Shown: positions 8,924-15,701 of the stretch, one piece after another
How the letters are laid out: the number at the start of each line of letters is the position of its first letter
Numbering within the stretch: the stretch's first letter is position 1
Source: an uncultured Monoglobus sp.
GTDB taxonomy: Bacteria > Bacillota > Clostridia > Monoglobales > Monoglobaceae
Length of the DNA stretch: 32,000 nt
Direction of reading: 5' to 3'
Assembly (NCBI GenBank): GCA_947624305.1
Contig: CANQKC010000019.1
Coordinates: forward strand, 23,658 to 55,657
Position numbers and translations under genes: made by a program
The notes under the pieces: generated by a model
Told to the model about the DNA's origin: nothing
Database searches by the model: none
What the model saw: the letters and a program-made list of their open reading frames with translations, nothing else

Positions 8924-9772
8924 ATGGGCAGAATATTAGAGCCGTATCAGGAAGTTGAGCGCAGCATCGTTAAAAAATACCGCAAAACAATATGGAACCC
9001 GTTTATCGCTGCGGTCAAGCGTTACCGACTTATCGAAAGCGGCGACAAAATCGCGCTCTGCATTTCGGGCGGCAAGGACTCGATGCTTATGGCAAAGCTC
9101 ATGCAGCAGCTCCACCGCCACAGCGACGTTCCGTTTGAACTCGAGTTTTTGGTTATGGACCCGGGCTACAACGAGGTCAACCGCCGCAAAATCGAGAGCA
9201 ACGCGGAATTTCTGCATGTTCCGATCAAAATTTTTGAAACCGACATCTTCGAGGTCGCGAACAACGCGAGCCAATCGCCCTGCTATCTCTGCGCCCGCAT
9301 GAGGCGCGGCCACCTTTACAGCAAGGCGCGGGAGCTCGGCTGCAACAAAATCGCGCTGGGGCACCACCTCAGCGACGTGATCGAAACCACTTTGATCGGA
9401 ATGTTTTACGGCTCGCAGATCCAGGCAATGCTTCCCAAGCTGCACAGCACAAATTTTAAGGGAATGACGCTGATAAGACCCCTGTATTGCGTTAATGAGG
9501 ACGATATTCTCTCTTGGAAGCGTTACAATAATCTGGAATTCATTCAATGCGCCTGCCGCTTCACCGACAACTACACAAACAGCGGCGACGGCATAGGCAA
9601 CTCAAAGCGTCAGGAGATCAAGCACCTTATAAAAAGCCTCAGAAAAGACAACCCGCAAATCGAAAAAAACATATTCAGCAGCATCCACTCCGTCTGCCTT
9701 GACACCATGCCGGGCTATAAAACCGAGGGCGAAGAGCACTCTTTTATGGAACGGTTCGACAGAACCGAATAG
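8924..9772 (+). CDS. PP-loop ATPase, TtcA-family tRNA thiolation enzyme-like
   Basis: SGGKDS PP-loop and CYLCARMRRG Cys motif as in TtcA-type enzymes. Consensus promoter at 8844-8872. Confidence 0.7.
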   Translation: MGRILEPYQEVERSIVKKYRKTIWNPFIAAVKRYRLIESGDKIALCISGGKDSMLMAKLMQQLHRHSDVPFELEFLVMDPGYNEVNRRKIESNAEFLHVPIKIFETDIFEVANNASQSPCYLCARMRRGHLYSKARELGCNKIALGHHLSDVIETTLIGMFYGSQIQAMLPKLHSTNFKGMTLIRPLYCVNEDDILSWKRYNNLEFIQCACRFTDNYTNSGDGIGNSKRQEIKHLIKSLRKDNPQIEKNIFSSIHSVCLDTMPGYKTEGEEHSFMERFDRTE

Positions 9773-9785
9773 GGGGCAAAAAACA

Positions 9786-10676
9786 ATGAACGGGATCAAA
9801 AAATTTTCATCAATAAACGGAGCGCTGAAAGAATTGTTCGGCGCGGAAATTGAAAGTACCGACCGTCTCTACGGCGGCGATATTAACGACGCGTTCGCTA
9901 TCACCCTGAGCGGCGGCAAAAAGGTGTTTATGAAGTCCAACCGCCGCGCCTCATCTTCATTTTTTGCGGCCGAGGCCGCGGGTCTCGCGGCGATCGCGGG
10001 GACCGGGGCGATTGGTGCGCCGAAAATCTTGGGGTTCGGCGACGAAAACGGCAGGGCGTTCCTGCTGCTCGAGTTCATTGATGAGGGCAGCAGAGCCTCC
10101 GACTTTTGGGAGACATTCGGCAGACAGCTTGCCGCGATGCACAAGGCGGACGCAGGCTCATTTGTGAGCGGCGGCGCGTTCGGGTTTAAGGCGGATAACT
10201 ACATCGGCCATACCAAACAAATAAACACTCCCAAAAATTCCTGGATCGAGTTTTTCAGGGACTGCCGTCTTGAGCCGCAGTTCCGCATGGCCGAACGGTT
10301 TTTCTCGGCTCCCGACATAAAACGCGCGAATTTGCTGCTCGACAGGCTCGACGGGCTCCTTATCGAGCCCGATCATCCCTCGCTGCTGCACGGCGATCTG
10401 TGGTCCGGCAACTTTATGACGGGCAGCGACGGCAGAGCGTGGATAATCGACCCCGCGGCCTACGTCGGCCACGCCGAGGCCGACGTTGCTATGACCGAGC
10501 TGTTCGGCGGCTTCCACCGCAAATTTTATGCCGCTTATAACGAGGCCGCGCCGATCGAGCGCGGATATGAGGACAGACGCGATTTGTATAATCTGTATCA
10601 GCTTTTGAACCACCTTAACATGTTCGGAGGCTCTTATCTCTCATCAGTTATGCGGATCGTGCGCCGTTACGCTTAA
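9786..10676 (+). CDS. fructosamine kinase-family protein
   Basis: PSLLHGDLWSGN and IDPA.Y.GH.E.D motifs. Start moved to the ATG at 9786 (GGGGG RBS). The listed 9699 start overlaps the upstream gene. Confidence 0.85.
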   Translation: MNGIKKFSSINGALKELFGAEIESTDRLYGGDINDAFAITLSGGKKVFMKSNRRASSSFFAAEAAGLAAIAGTGAIGAPKILGFGDENGRAFLLLEFIDEGSRASDFWETFGRQLAAMHKADAGSFVSGGAFGFKADNYIGHTKQINTPKNSWIEFFRDCRLEPQFRMAERFFSAPDIKRANLLLDRLDGLLIEPDHPSLLHGDLWSGNFMTGSDGRAWIIDPAAYVGHAEADVAMTELFGGFHRKFYAAYNEAAPIERGYEDRRDLYNLYQLLNHLNMFGGSYLSSVMRIVRRYA

Positions 10677-10712
10677 AAAGCCGAGAGAACCGCTGGAGCC
10701 CTCTCGGCTTTT
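10676..10712. terminator. bidirectional terminator between the fructosamine kinase gene and the small peptide gene
   Basis: Stem aaaagccgagag / ctctcggctttt, 13-nt loop, flanking A and T runs. Confidence 0.8.
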
Positions 10713-10716
10713 AATT

Positions 10717-10890
10717 CTATTGCGCGCTATAGATGTCGCTCCATTTTTTGCTGCCGGCGGGCACATATGTGCCGCTTTCGTTAAGTTGTTTGCTGAGCGA
10801 CGTGGGAGTATTGCTGTCGGTAATAACGTCCGCGCACTCAAACACGGTGATCTCCGCAACGGGAGCTTTATATTCTTTTATATTTCTCAT
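10717..10890 (-). CDS. small hypothetical peptide (57 aa), no signal peptide
   Basis: AGAGGAGAG RBS about 8 nt before the ATG at 10890. Sequence MRNIKEYKAPVAEITVFECADVITDSNTPTSLSKQLNESGTYVPAGSKKWSDIYSAQ. Ends at a bidirectional terminator. Confidence 0.55.
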   Translation of the reverse strand: MRNIKEYKAPVAEITVFECADVITDSNTPTSLSKQLNESGTYVPAGSKKWSDIYSAQ

Positions 10891-10925
10891 AATTATTTCT
10901 CTCCTCTCTGTTATTGATCCGCCGA

Positions 10926-12041
10926 TTATTCGGCAGGTGCTTTCCATGCATCTTCAATGTTTACCCAATTGCTTTCATTAACCGTACCTTTTATAGACGT
11001 TTCGGAAAAAATAATATATCCGTCTTTGGAAACATACGGCTTAGCGGTAATTCCATTAGAAAAATCTCCCTTTGCTATATCATAAACTTCACCGTAAAAT
11101 CCATCCCCGTTAAGGTTTTGATCGGTATAGCTTTTTACTATTCTTCCATTAAGAATGTTGTTGTCCGCGTCGATAAACACAAATCCGTAGCCGTCCGCTT
11201 CTCCGCTGTATTTCTGGAAAAACCTGATTACACCTTTTGGATCACCCTCTTTTTTATCATTTTCATAATAAATTCCCGAAACAAAATCGTTCTCATTTGT
11301 TGTAAGCGTAACATCCGTGGGCGCGTCAACACTTTCGTGATAGTCAATTGATACACTATAAATGAAAACCTCATAATCCCAAGTAAGCTCAATTGATTTT
11401 GCGGATAAATTTCTAAAAATTATTTCATCAGGATCAGTTTTTTTACTGTTGCCTTCTTTTTGCGTATAGTTTTTAATTTCTTCCCCAGGACTCCCGTCAC
11501 TGACATCTTTTGCAGTTAAAACAGTTTCTTTATCACTTGTATTATCGTCATTGTACACAAATATTAAATCATAACTTTTATAATTACAATCTTCCGGCAG
11601 TATATTATTAATTTTTAAATATGTATTCGCAACAGAGCTTACTACATAACCGGGATCGCCTTTAGTGGTTCCGTGATGTTCATGTTCAGTATGCGGTAAA
11701 TCAAAATCGTGTTGAGTAACCTCCCAGCCTCTGTCGACTTTCTCTGATACACCATTGGGAATTTCTATTGTAACATTATCAGCGAAGCTTTCCACAGAAT
11801 GACTTATAGTTTTGTAGGATTCAAGATCAGTTGTTACAATTCCGGTAGTGTTATGGAAAGTCCAATTGATATAGTTTGCATTTGTGGAAGCAAACGGTTC
11901 GGCATAGCCATCCGCAGTTACTTCCGCGGCGCTGGCGGCCATGGGGAGCGCGAGGGTTGTAATAATCACTGTTATAACAGTGAGAAGAGATATTAATTTA
12001 CCCCCCCCCGATTTAAAATTTGACATTTTTCTTTTTCTCAT
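10926..12041 (-). CDS. secreted hypothetical protein (371 aa), AT-rich gene with a G9 tract in codons 11-14
   Basis: Signal peptide ...LISLLTVITVIITTLALPMAASAAEV. His cluster HTEHEHHG. GC is far below the neighbouring genes. No family recognised. Confidence 0.75.
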   Translation of the reverse strand: MRKRKMSNFKSGGGKLISLLTVITVIITTLALPMAASAAEVTADGYAEPFASTNANYINWTFHNTTGIVTTDLESYKTISHSVESFADNVTIEIPNGVSEKVDRGWEVTQHDFDLPHTEHEHHGTTKGDPGYVVSSVANTYLKINNILPEDCNYKSYDLIFVYNDDNTSDKETVLTAKDVSDGSPGEEIKNYTQKEGNSKKTDPDEIIFRNLSAKSIELTWDYEVFIYSVSIDYHESVDAPTDVTLTTNENDFVSGIYYENDKKEGDPKGVIRFFQKYSGEADGYGFVFIDADNNILNGRIVKSYTDQNLNGDGFYGEVYDIAKGDFSNGITAKPYVSKDGYIIFSETSIKGTVNESNWVNIEDAWKAPAE

Positions 12042-12099
12042 TGTTGTTCCCTTTCTTTCTTAAAAATTTTATATTATTTATTTTTTCGTGGTTTGTGTT

Positions 12100-12149
12100 T
12101 ACCCCTCTCCGTCAGGCTTTGCCTGACACCTCTCCCCAAGGGGCGAGGC
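12100..12149. repeat. modular GC-rich repeat, short form (conserved ends plus a variable hairpin)
   Basis: The ends tacccctctccgtc and ccccaaggggcgaggc are identical to those at 17531-17544 and 17648-17663. The internal hairpin is gtcaggc-ttt-gcctgac. Confidence 0.8.
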
Positions 12150-12151
12150 TC

Positions 12152-12283
12152 GGGCGGGCGAGTCGTCCGCCCCTACGGCATACATGGATTTTGTCCAATT
12201 TCCGGTGTAGGGCGGCATGCCCACATGCCGCCGCGGGCGGATAATATCCGCCCCTACGGGACGTCGAGGGCGCCGTCCCCTAC
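12152..12283. repeat. cluster of four REP-like hairpins, each abutting a CTAC/GTAG foot
   Basis: Units at 12152-12176, 12207-12232 (gtagggcggcatgcccacatgccgcc), 12233-12257 (gcgggcggataatatccgcccctac) and 12258-12283 (gggacgtcgagggcgccgtcccctac). Confidence 0.85.
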
Positions 12284-12331
12284 GAAATAAGGTGGGTTTT
12301 TGCCCGAACGGACAAAAAGTCGGGTGAGAAG

Positions 12332-12376
12332 CCTATTCGCTATTCGCTAATCCCTAATCACTACGTTGCTACGTTG
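12332..12376. repeat. short tandem array: 4 x 7-mer then 2 x 8-mer
   Basis: The minus strand reads CAACGTAG CAACGTAG T GATTAGG GATTAGC GAATAGC GAATAGG. Confidence 0.8.
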
Positions 12377-12379
12377 ACA

Positions 12380-12542
12380 TTTTGTTTTGGCAGGAGCGTC
12401 GTTTTTAAAGTTAAACTCCGTCAGCGCCGCTTGGTTTTTTACGGTTGGTTGATACGGCGCCCCGATGGTGCGGGTTTTCGGGAGCAAGAAAGGAATTCAG
12501 TGGATACTTTCTCTTATGAATGGCGCTCCTGCCAAAACAAAA
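12380..12542. repeat. 163-bp element bounded by perfect 19-bp inverted repeats (candidate invertible switch, MITE, or long-stem RNA)
   Basis: Left arm ttttgttttggcaggagcg at 12380-12398 is the exact reverse complement of 12524-12542. The 125-bp core contains three internal hairpins. Confidence 0.85.
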
Positions 12543-12554
12543 CGCTTTTAATAT

Positions 12555-12588
12555 ACGAAAAAACCCGAGGCGGATACGCCTCGAGCCC
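12555..12588 (-). terminator. intrinsic terminator ending a ~160-nt leader or small RNA
   Basis: Minus-strand RNA CUCGAGGCG-UAUC-CGCCUCGGG followed by UUUUUU. The one non-Watson-Crick position is U-G on the minus strand but C-A on the plus strand, which supports the minus orientation. Confidence 0.75.
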
Positions 12589-12625
12589 AGCATATCCGCA
12601 GTCCGGTTATGGCTGATTTGCGGAT
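12564..12625 (-). promoter_or_regulatory. attenuator-like switch with three mutually exclusive helices
   Basis: H1 pairs 12619-12625 with 12594-12600 (AUCCGCA/UGCGGAU). H2 pairs 12593-12599 with 12570-12576 (GCGGAUA/UAUCCGC). H3 is the terminator stem, 12577-12585 with 12564-12572. H2 shares bases with both H1 and H3. Confidence 0.5.
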
Positions 12626-12723
12626 AAAATAAAACGCATCAAGCTCCCGCCTCACCATAGGCGGAAACCGATGCTACCCAACATTAATTAAAATATAATC
12701 AACGAATCAAATCAACCAACTAT

Positions 12724-12752
12724 ATATTAGCATAATTAAAAAGTGTTGTCAA
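12724..12752 (-). promoter_or_regulatory. orphan near-consensus promoter with no adjacent CDS
   Basis: Minus strand TTGACA (12747-12752), 17 nt, TAATAT (12724-12729). The next CDS on this strand starts about 680 nt downstream at 12041. Confidence 0.6.
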
Positions 12753-12804
12753 TGGTTTTTTTGAGAAAATATATTAAAATTTTGTTTTATTCTTAATTAT
12801 TATA

Positions 12805-12835
12805 TGCAAAAGCAAGCGGCTCAAACGAGCCGCTT
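12805..12835 (-). terminator. intrinsic terminator after leuB
   Basis: Stem aagcggctc / gagccgctt, 4-nt loop, then GCUUUUGC on the minus strand. Confidence 0.75.
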
Positions 12836-12851
12836 AACTCTCATATTTTAA

Positions 12852-13931
12852 TTATCCTATATATTTTACTATTATGTCGCCCATCTCTTTGGTTCCGAGA
12901 AGCTTTCCGCCCTCGTCCATTATGTCGGCGGTTCTGTAGCCGTCGTTCAGGACCTTTGTCACCGCGTCCTCGATATCCTTCGCCTCGTCCATAAGGCTGA
13001 AGCTGTCGCGCAGCATCATGGCGCAGGACAGGATCGTGGCGATCGGGTTCGCGATGTTTTGGCCCGCAATATCCGGCGCGCTGCCGTGGATAGGCTCATA
13101 CATGCCGAGGGTGGTGCCGCCGAGCGATGATGAGGGCAGCATTCCGATCGAGCCGGTCGTCATGCTCGCCTCGTCGGAGAGAATGTCGCCGAACATATTC
13201 TCGGTCACAATAACGTCGAACTGACCGGGGTTCCTCACAAGCTGCATCGCGCAGTTGTCAACGAGCATGTCGGAATACTCAACCTCGGGATATTCCTTGG
13301 CGAGCTTGTGCATCGTCTCGCGCCACAGTCTTGAAGTCTCGATAACGTTGGCCTTGTCAACGCTTGTTACCTTTTTGCGGTCGCGCTTCATCGCAAGCTC
13401 GAACGCGACTCTGCCTATTCTCTCGATCTCGCTTACCGAATATTTAAGCTCGTCATAGGCCTCCTCGTTTCCGGTCGTCTCGTTGCGTCTGCCTCTGTCG
13501 CCGAAATACAGGCCGCCGGTGAGCTCGCGCACGATAACCAGGTCAAGACCGCCCTCCGAGATCTCGGGCTTGAGCGGACACGCTCCGGCGAGCGCGTCAT
13601 GCAGCTTCGCGGGTCTGATGTTGGCGAACAGGCCGAGCTCGGAACGCAGACCCAGCAGAGCCTTCTCGGGTCTTAAATGTCCGGGCAGGGTGTCCCACTT
13701 GGGGCCGCCGACCGCGCCGAGAAGCACCGAGTCGGAGGCCTTGGCTATCTTCACCGACTCCTCGGGCAGAGGAACCCCGGTCTCGTCGATCGCGCAGCCG
13801 CCCGCCAGAATGTCGGTATACTCAAAGGTGTGGCCGTATTTTTCGCCGATCTTGTCGAGGACTTTTTCTGCCTCGGTAATTATTTCGGGGCCTATTCCGT
13901 CGCCTTTTACTACTGCTAATTTAATGTTCAT
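12852..13931 (-). CDS. leuB: 3-isopropylmalate dehydrogenase
   Basis: 359 aa. Motifs [48 protein letters not shown]. Confidence 0.95.
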   Translation of the reverse strand: MNIKLAVVKGDGIGPEIITEAEKVLDKIGEKYGHTFEYTDILAGGCAIDETGVPLPEESVKIAKASDSVLLGAVGGPKWDTLPGHLRPEKALLGLRSELGLFANIRPAKLHDALAGACPLKPEISEGGLDLVIVRELTGGLYFGDRGRRNETTGNEEAYDELKYSVSEIERIGRVAFELAMKRDRKKVTSVDKANVIETSRLWRETMHKLAKEYPEVEYSDMLVDNCAMQLVRNPGQFDVIVTENMFGDILSDEASMTTGSIGMLPSSSLGGTTLGMYEPIHGSAPDIAGQNIANPIATILSCAMMLRDSFSLMDEAKDIEDAVTKVLNDGYRTADIMDEGGKLLGTKEMGDIIVKYIG

Positions 13932-13947
13932 GGCATGTTTCCTTTCT

Positions 13948-14433
13948 TTATTTCAGTGAGTTCATCAATCCGTTTTTGTTGATTATATCTTTTATAAACT
14001 CGGGGAAGGGCTCGGCTTTGAACTCTTTGCCCGTGGTTATATCCTTGATTATTCCGGTGTCAAAATCAACCTCTACCTCGTCGCCCGCGTTTATATTCTC
14101 CGCGGCCTCGGGGCACTCCATGATGGGAAGCCCGATGTTTATCGCGTTGCGGTAGAAAATTCTCGCGAAGGTCGCGGCAATAACGCAGCCGATGCCCGAA
14201 GCCTTTATGGCGATGGGCGCGTGCTCGCGCGAGGAGCCGCAGCCGAAGTTGTTGCGGGCAACCATAATATCGCCCGGCTTGACGTTGTTTACGAACTCCG
14301 CGTCAATATCCTCCATGCAGTGCGCCGCAAGCTCCGAGGGCTCCGAGGAGTTCAGATAGCGGGCGGGGATTATAACGTCCGTGTCAACATTATCAAGATA
14401 CTTGTGTACTTTTCCTTTTGCGTTCATAGTCAA
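13948..14433 (-). CDS. leuD: 3-isopropylmalate dehydratase small subunit
   Basis: 161 aa. [12 protein letters not shown] motif. Immediately downstream of leuC. Confidence 0.93.
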   Translation of the reverse strand: MTMNAKGKVHKYLDNVDTDVIIPARYLNSSEPSELAAHCMEDIDAEFVNNVKPGDIMVARNNFGCGSSREHAPIAIKASGIGCVIAATFARIFYRNAINIGLPIMECPEAAENINAGDEVEVDFDTGIIKDITTGKEFKAEPFPEFIKDIINKNGLMNSLK

Positions 14434-14441
14434 GCTCCTTT

Positions 14442-15701
14442 CTATATCTCGTCGGGGCCGCAGATGTAACCCTTGATCGCCGAGGCAGCCGCCACAACCG
14501 GGCTTGCTAAGTAGACCTCGGACTCGGGATGACCCATTCTGCCGACAAAGTTTCTGTTTGAAGTGGAGATCGCTCTCTCGCCCTTTGCCAGAATTCCCAT
14601 GTGTCCGCCGAGGCAGGGGCCGCAGGTGGGCGTCGAAATAACGCAGCCCGCGTCCATGAATATGTCAAACAGTCCTTCCTTCATGGCCTCGCGGTAAATC
14701 TTCTGAGTGGCGGGAATGATTATTGCCCTAATGTTCTTCGCGACATGTCTGCCCTTAAATATCTCGGCTGCCTTTTCAAGATCCTCAAGACGACCGTTGG
14801 TACACGAGCCGATCACGCACTGGTCAAGCTTCACCTCTCCGACCTCGTCGATCGTCTTGGTGTTCTCGGGCAGATGCGGGAACGCGACCGTCGGCTTTAA
14901 CGCCGAAAGGTCAATATCATAGACAGCGTCATATTCCGCATCATCGTCCGCCGTGTAAACCTTATAATCTCTGTCAACTCTCTCGTCAAGGTAAGCCTTT
15001 GTCACCTCGTCAACCTCGAAAATGCCGTTCTTGCCGCCCGCCTCGATAGCCATGTTAGCCATGGTCAGACGATCGTCGATTGAAAGGTATTTAAGGCCTT
15101 CGCCCGTGAACTCCATTGACTTATAAAGCGCTCCGTCAACGCCGATCATGCCGATTATGTGCAGGATAACGTCTTTTCCGGAGATCCACTTCGCGGGCTT
15201 GCCGATCAGGTTAAACTTAAGCGCCGCGGGAACCTTGAACCACGCCTCGCCGGTCGCCATTCCTGCCGCCATGTCGGTCGAGCCTACGCCTGTCGAGAAA
15301 GCGCCGACAGCGCCGTATGTGCAGGTATGGGAGTCCGCGCCGATAATGACCTCGCCCGGAGCGACCAGGCCTTTTTCTGGCAGCAGAGCGTGCTCAACGC
15401 CCATCTCGCCCACGTCGTAGAAATTGGTAACATCCTTGTCGCCCGCGAACTCGCGGCACATTTTGCAGTGTTCAGCCGATTTTATATCCTTGTTCGGCGT
15501 GAAGTGGTCAAGGACGATAGACACCTTGTCTTTATCAAAAACCTTGTCAAAGCCCGCGGCCTTGAACTCCTTGATCGCGACCGGAGTCGTGACGTCGTTG
15601 CCCAGAACCATGTCGAGCTTCGCGCGGATAAGCTGGCCCGCCTTGACCGAGTCAAGACCCGCGTGGTCAGCCAGAATTTTCTGCGTCATTGTCATACCCA
15701 T
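14442..15701 (-). CDS. leuC: 3-isopropylmalate dehydratase large subunit
   Basis: 419 aa aconitase-family protein ([17 protein letters not shown] Fe-S ligand motifs). The ATG overlaps the cimA stop (TAATG). Confidence 0.95.
   Translation of the reverse strand: MGMTMTQKILADHAGLDSVKAGQLIRAKLDMVLGNDVTTPVAIKEFKAAGFDKVFDKDKVSIVLDHFTPNKDIKSAEHCKMCREFAGDKDVTNFYDVGEMGVEHALLPEKGLVAPGEVIIGADSHTCTYGAVGAFSTGVGSTDMAAGMATGEAWFKVPAALKFNLIGKPAKWISGKDVILHIIGMIGVDGALYKSMEFTGEGLKYLSIDDRLTMANMAIEAGGKNGIFEVDEVTKAYLDERVDRDYKVYTADDDAEYDAVYDIDLSALKPTVAFPHLPENTKTIDEVGEVKLDQCVIGSCTNGRLEDLEKAAEIFKGRHVAKNIRAIIIPATQKIYREAMKEGLFDIFMDAGCVISTPTCGPCLGGHMGILAKGERAISTSNRNFVGRMGHPESEVYLASPVVAAASAIKGYICGPDEI

Noticed and set aside
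10900-12100. Prophage, IS or integrative element behind the low-GC patches (10900-12100, 22350-23720, 31800-32000)
   Set aside because: No integrase, transposase, tRNA attachment site or direct-repeat boundaries are visible. Only the compositional deviation can be stated.
12152-12283. Possible CRISPR array at 12152-12283 and 17340-17443
   Set aside because: The units are different palindromic classes placed directly adjacent or irregularly spaced, not one repeat alternating with uniform unique spacers. No cas genes are present.
12020-12290. Small ORFs 12020-12244 and 12093-12290, plus 17184-17459 and 17302-17532
   Set aside because: They are translations of the REP-like and modular repeats (peptides such as GRHAHMPP and GAVPYE). 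They have no RBS, and the same peptides recur wherever the repeat recurs in either orientation.
12380-12542. Known housekeeping RNA (6S, SRP/4.5S, tRNA, tmRNA) at the IR-bounded element
   Set aside because: There is no SRP domain IV motif (GGAA/AGCA loop context) and no tRNA T-loop. Instead of the interrupted long helix with a central bubble expected for 6S RNA, there is a 19-bp perfect stem followed by a multi-hairpin junction.
12638-12682. 10-codon uORF (MLGSIGFRLW) in the orphan leader, as a possible leader peptide
   Set aside because: It has no SD and no run of regulatory codons, and it overlaps the first hairpin. RNA-structure control seems more likely, though this is not excluded.
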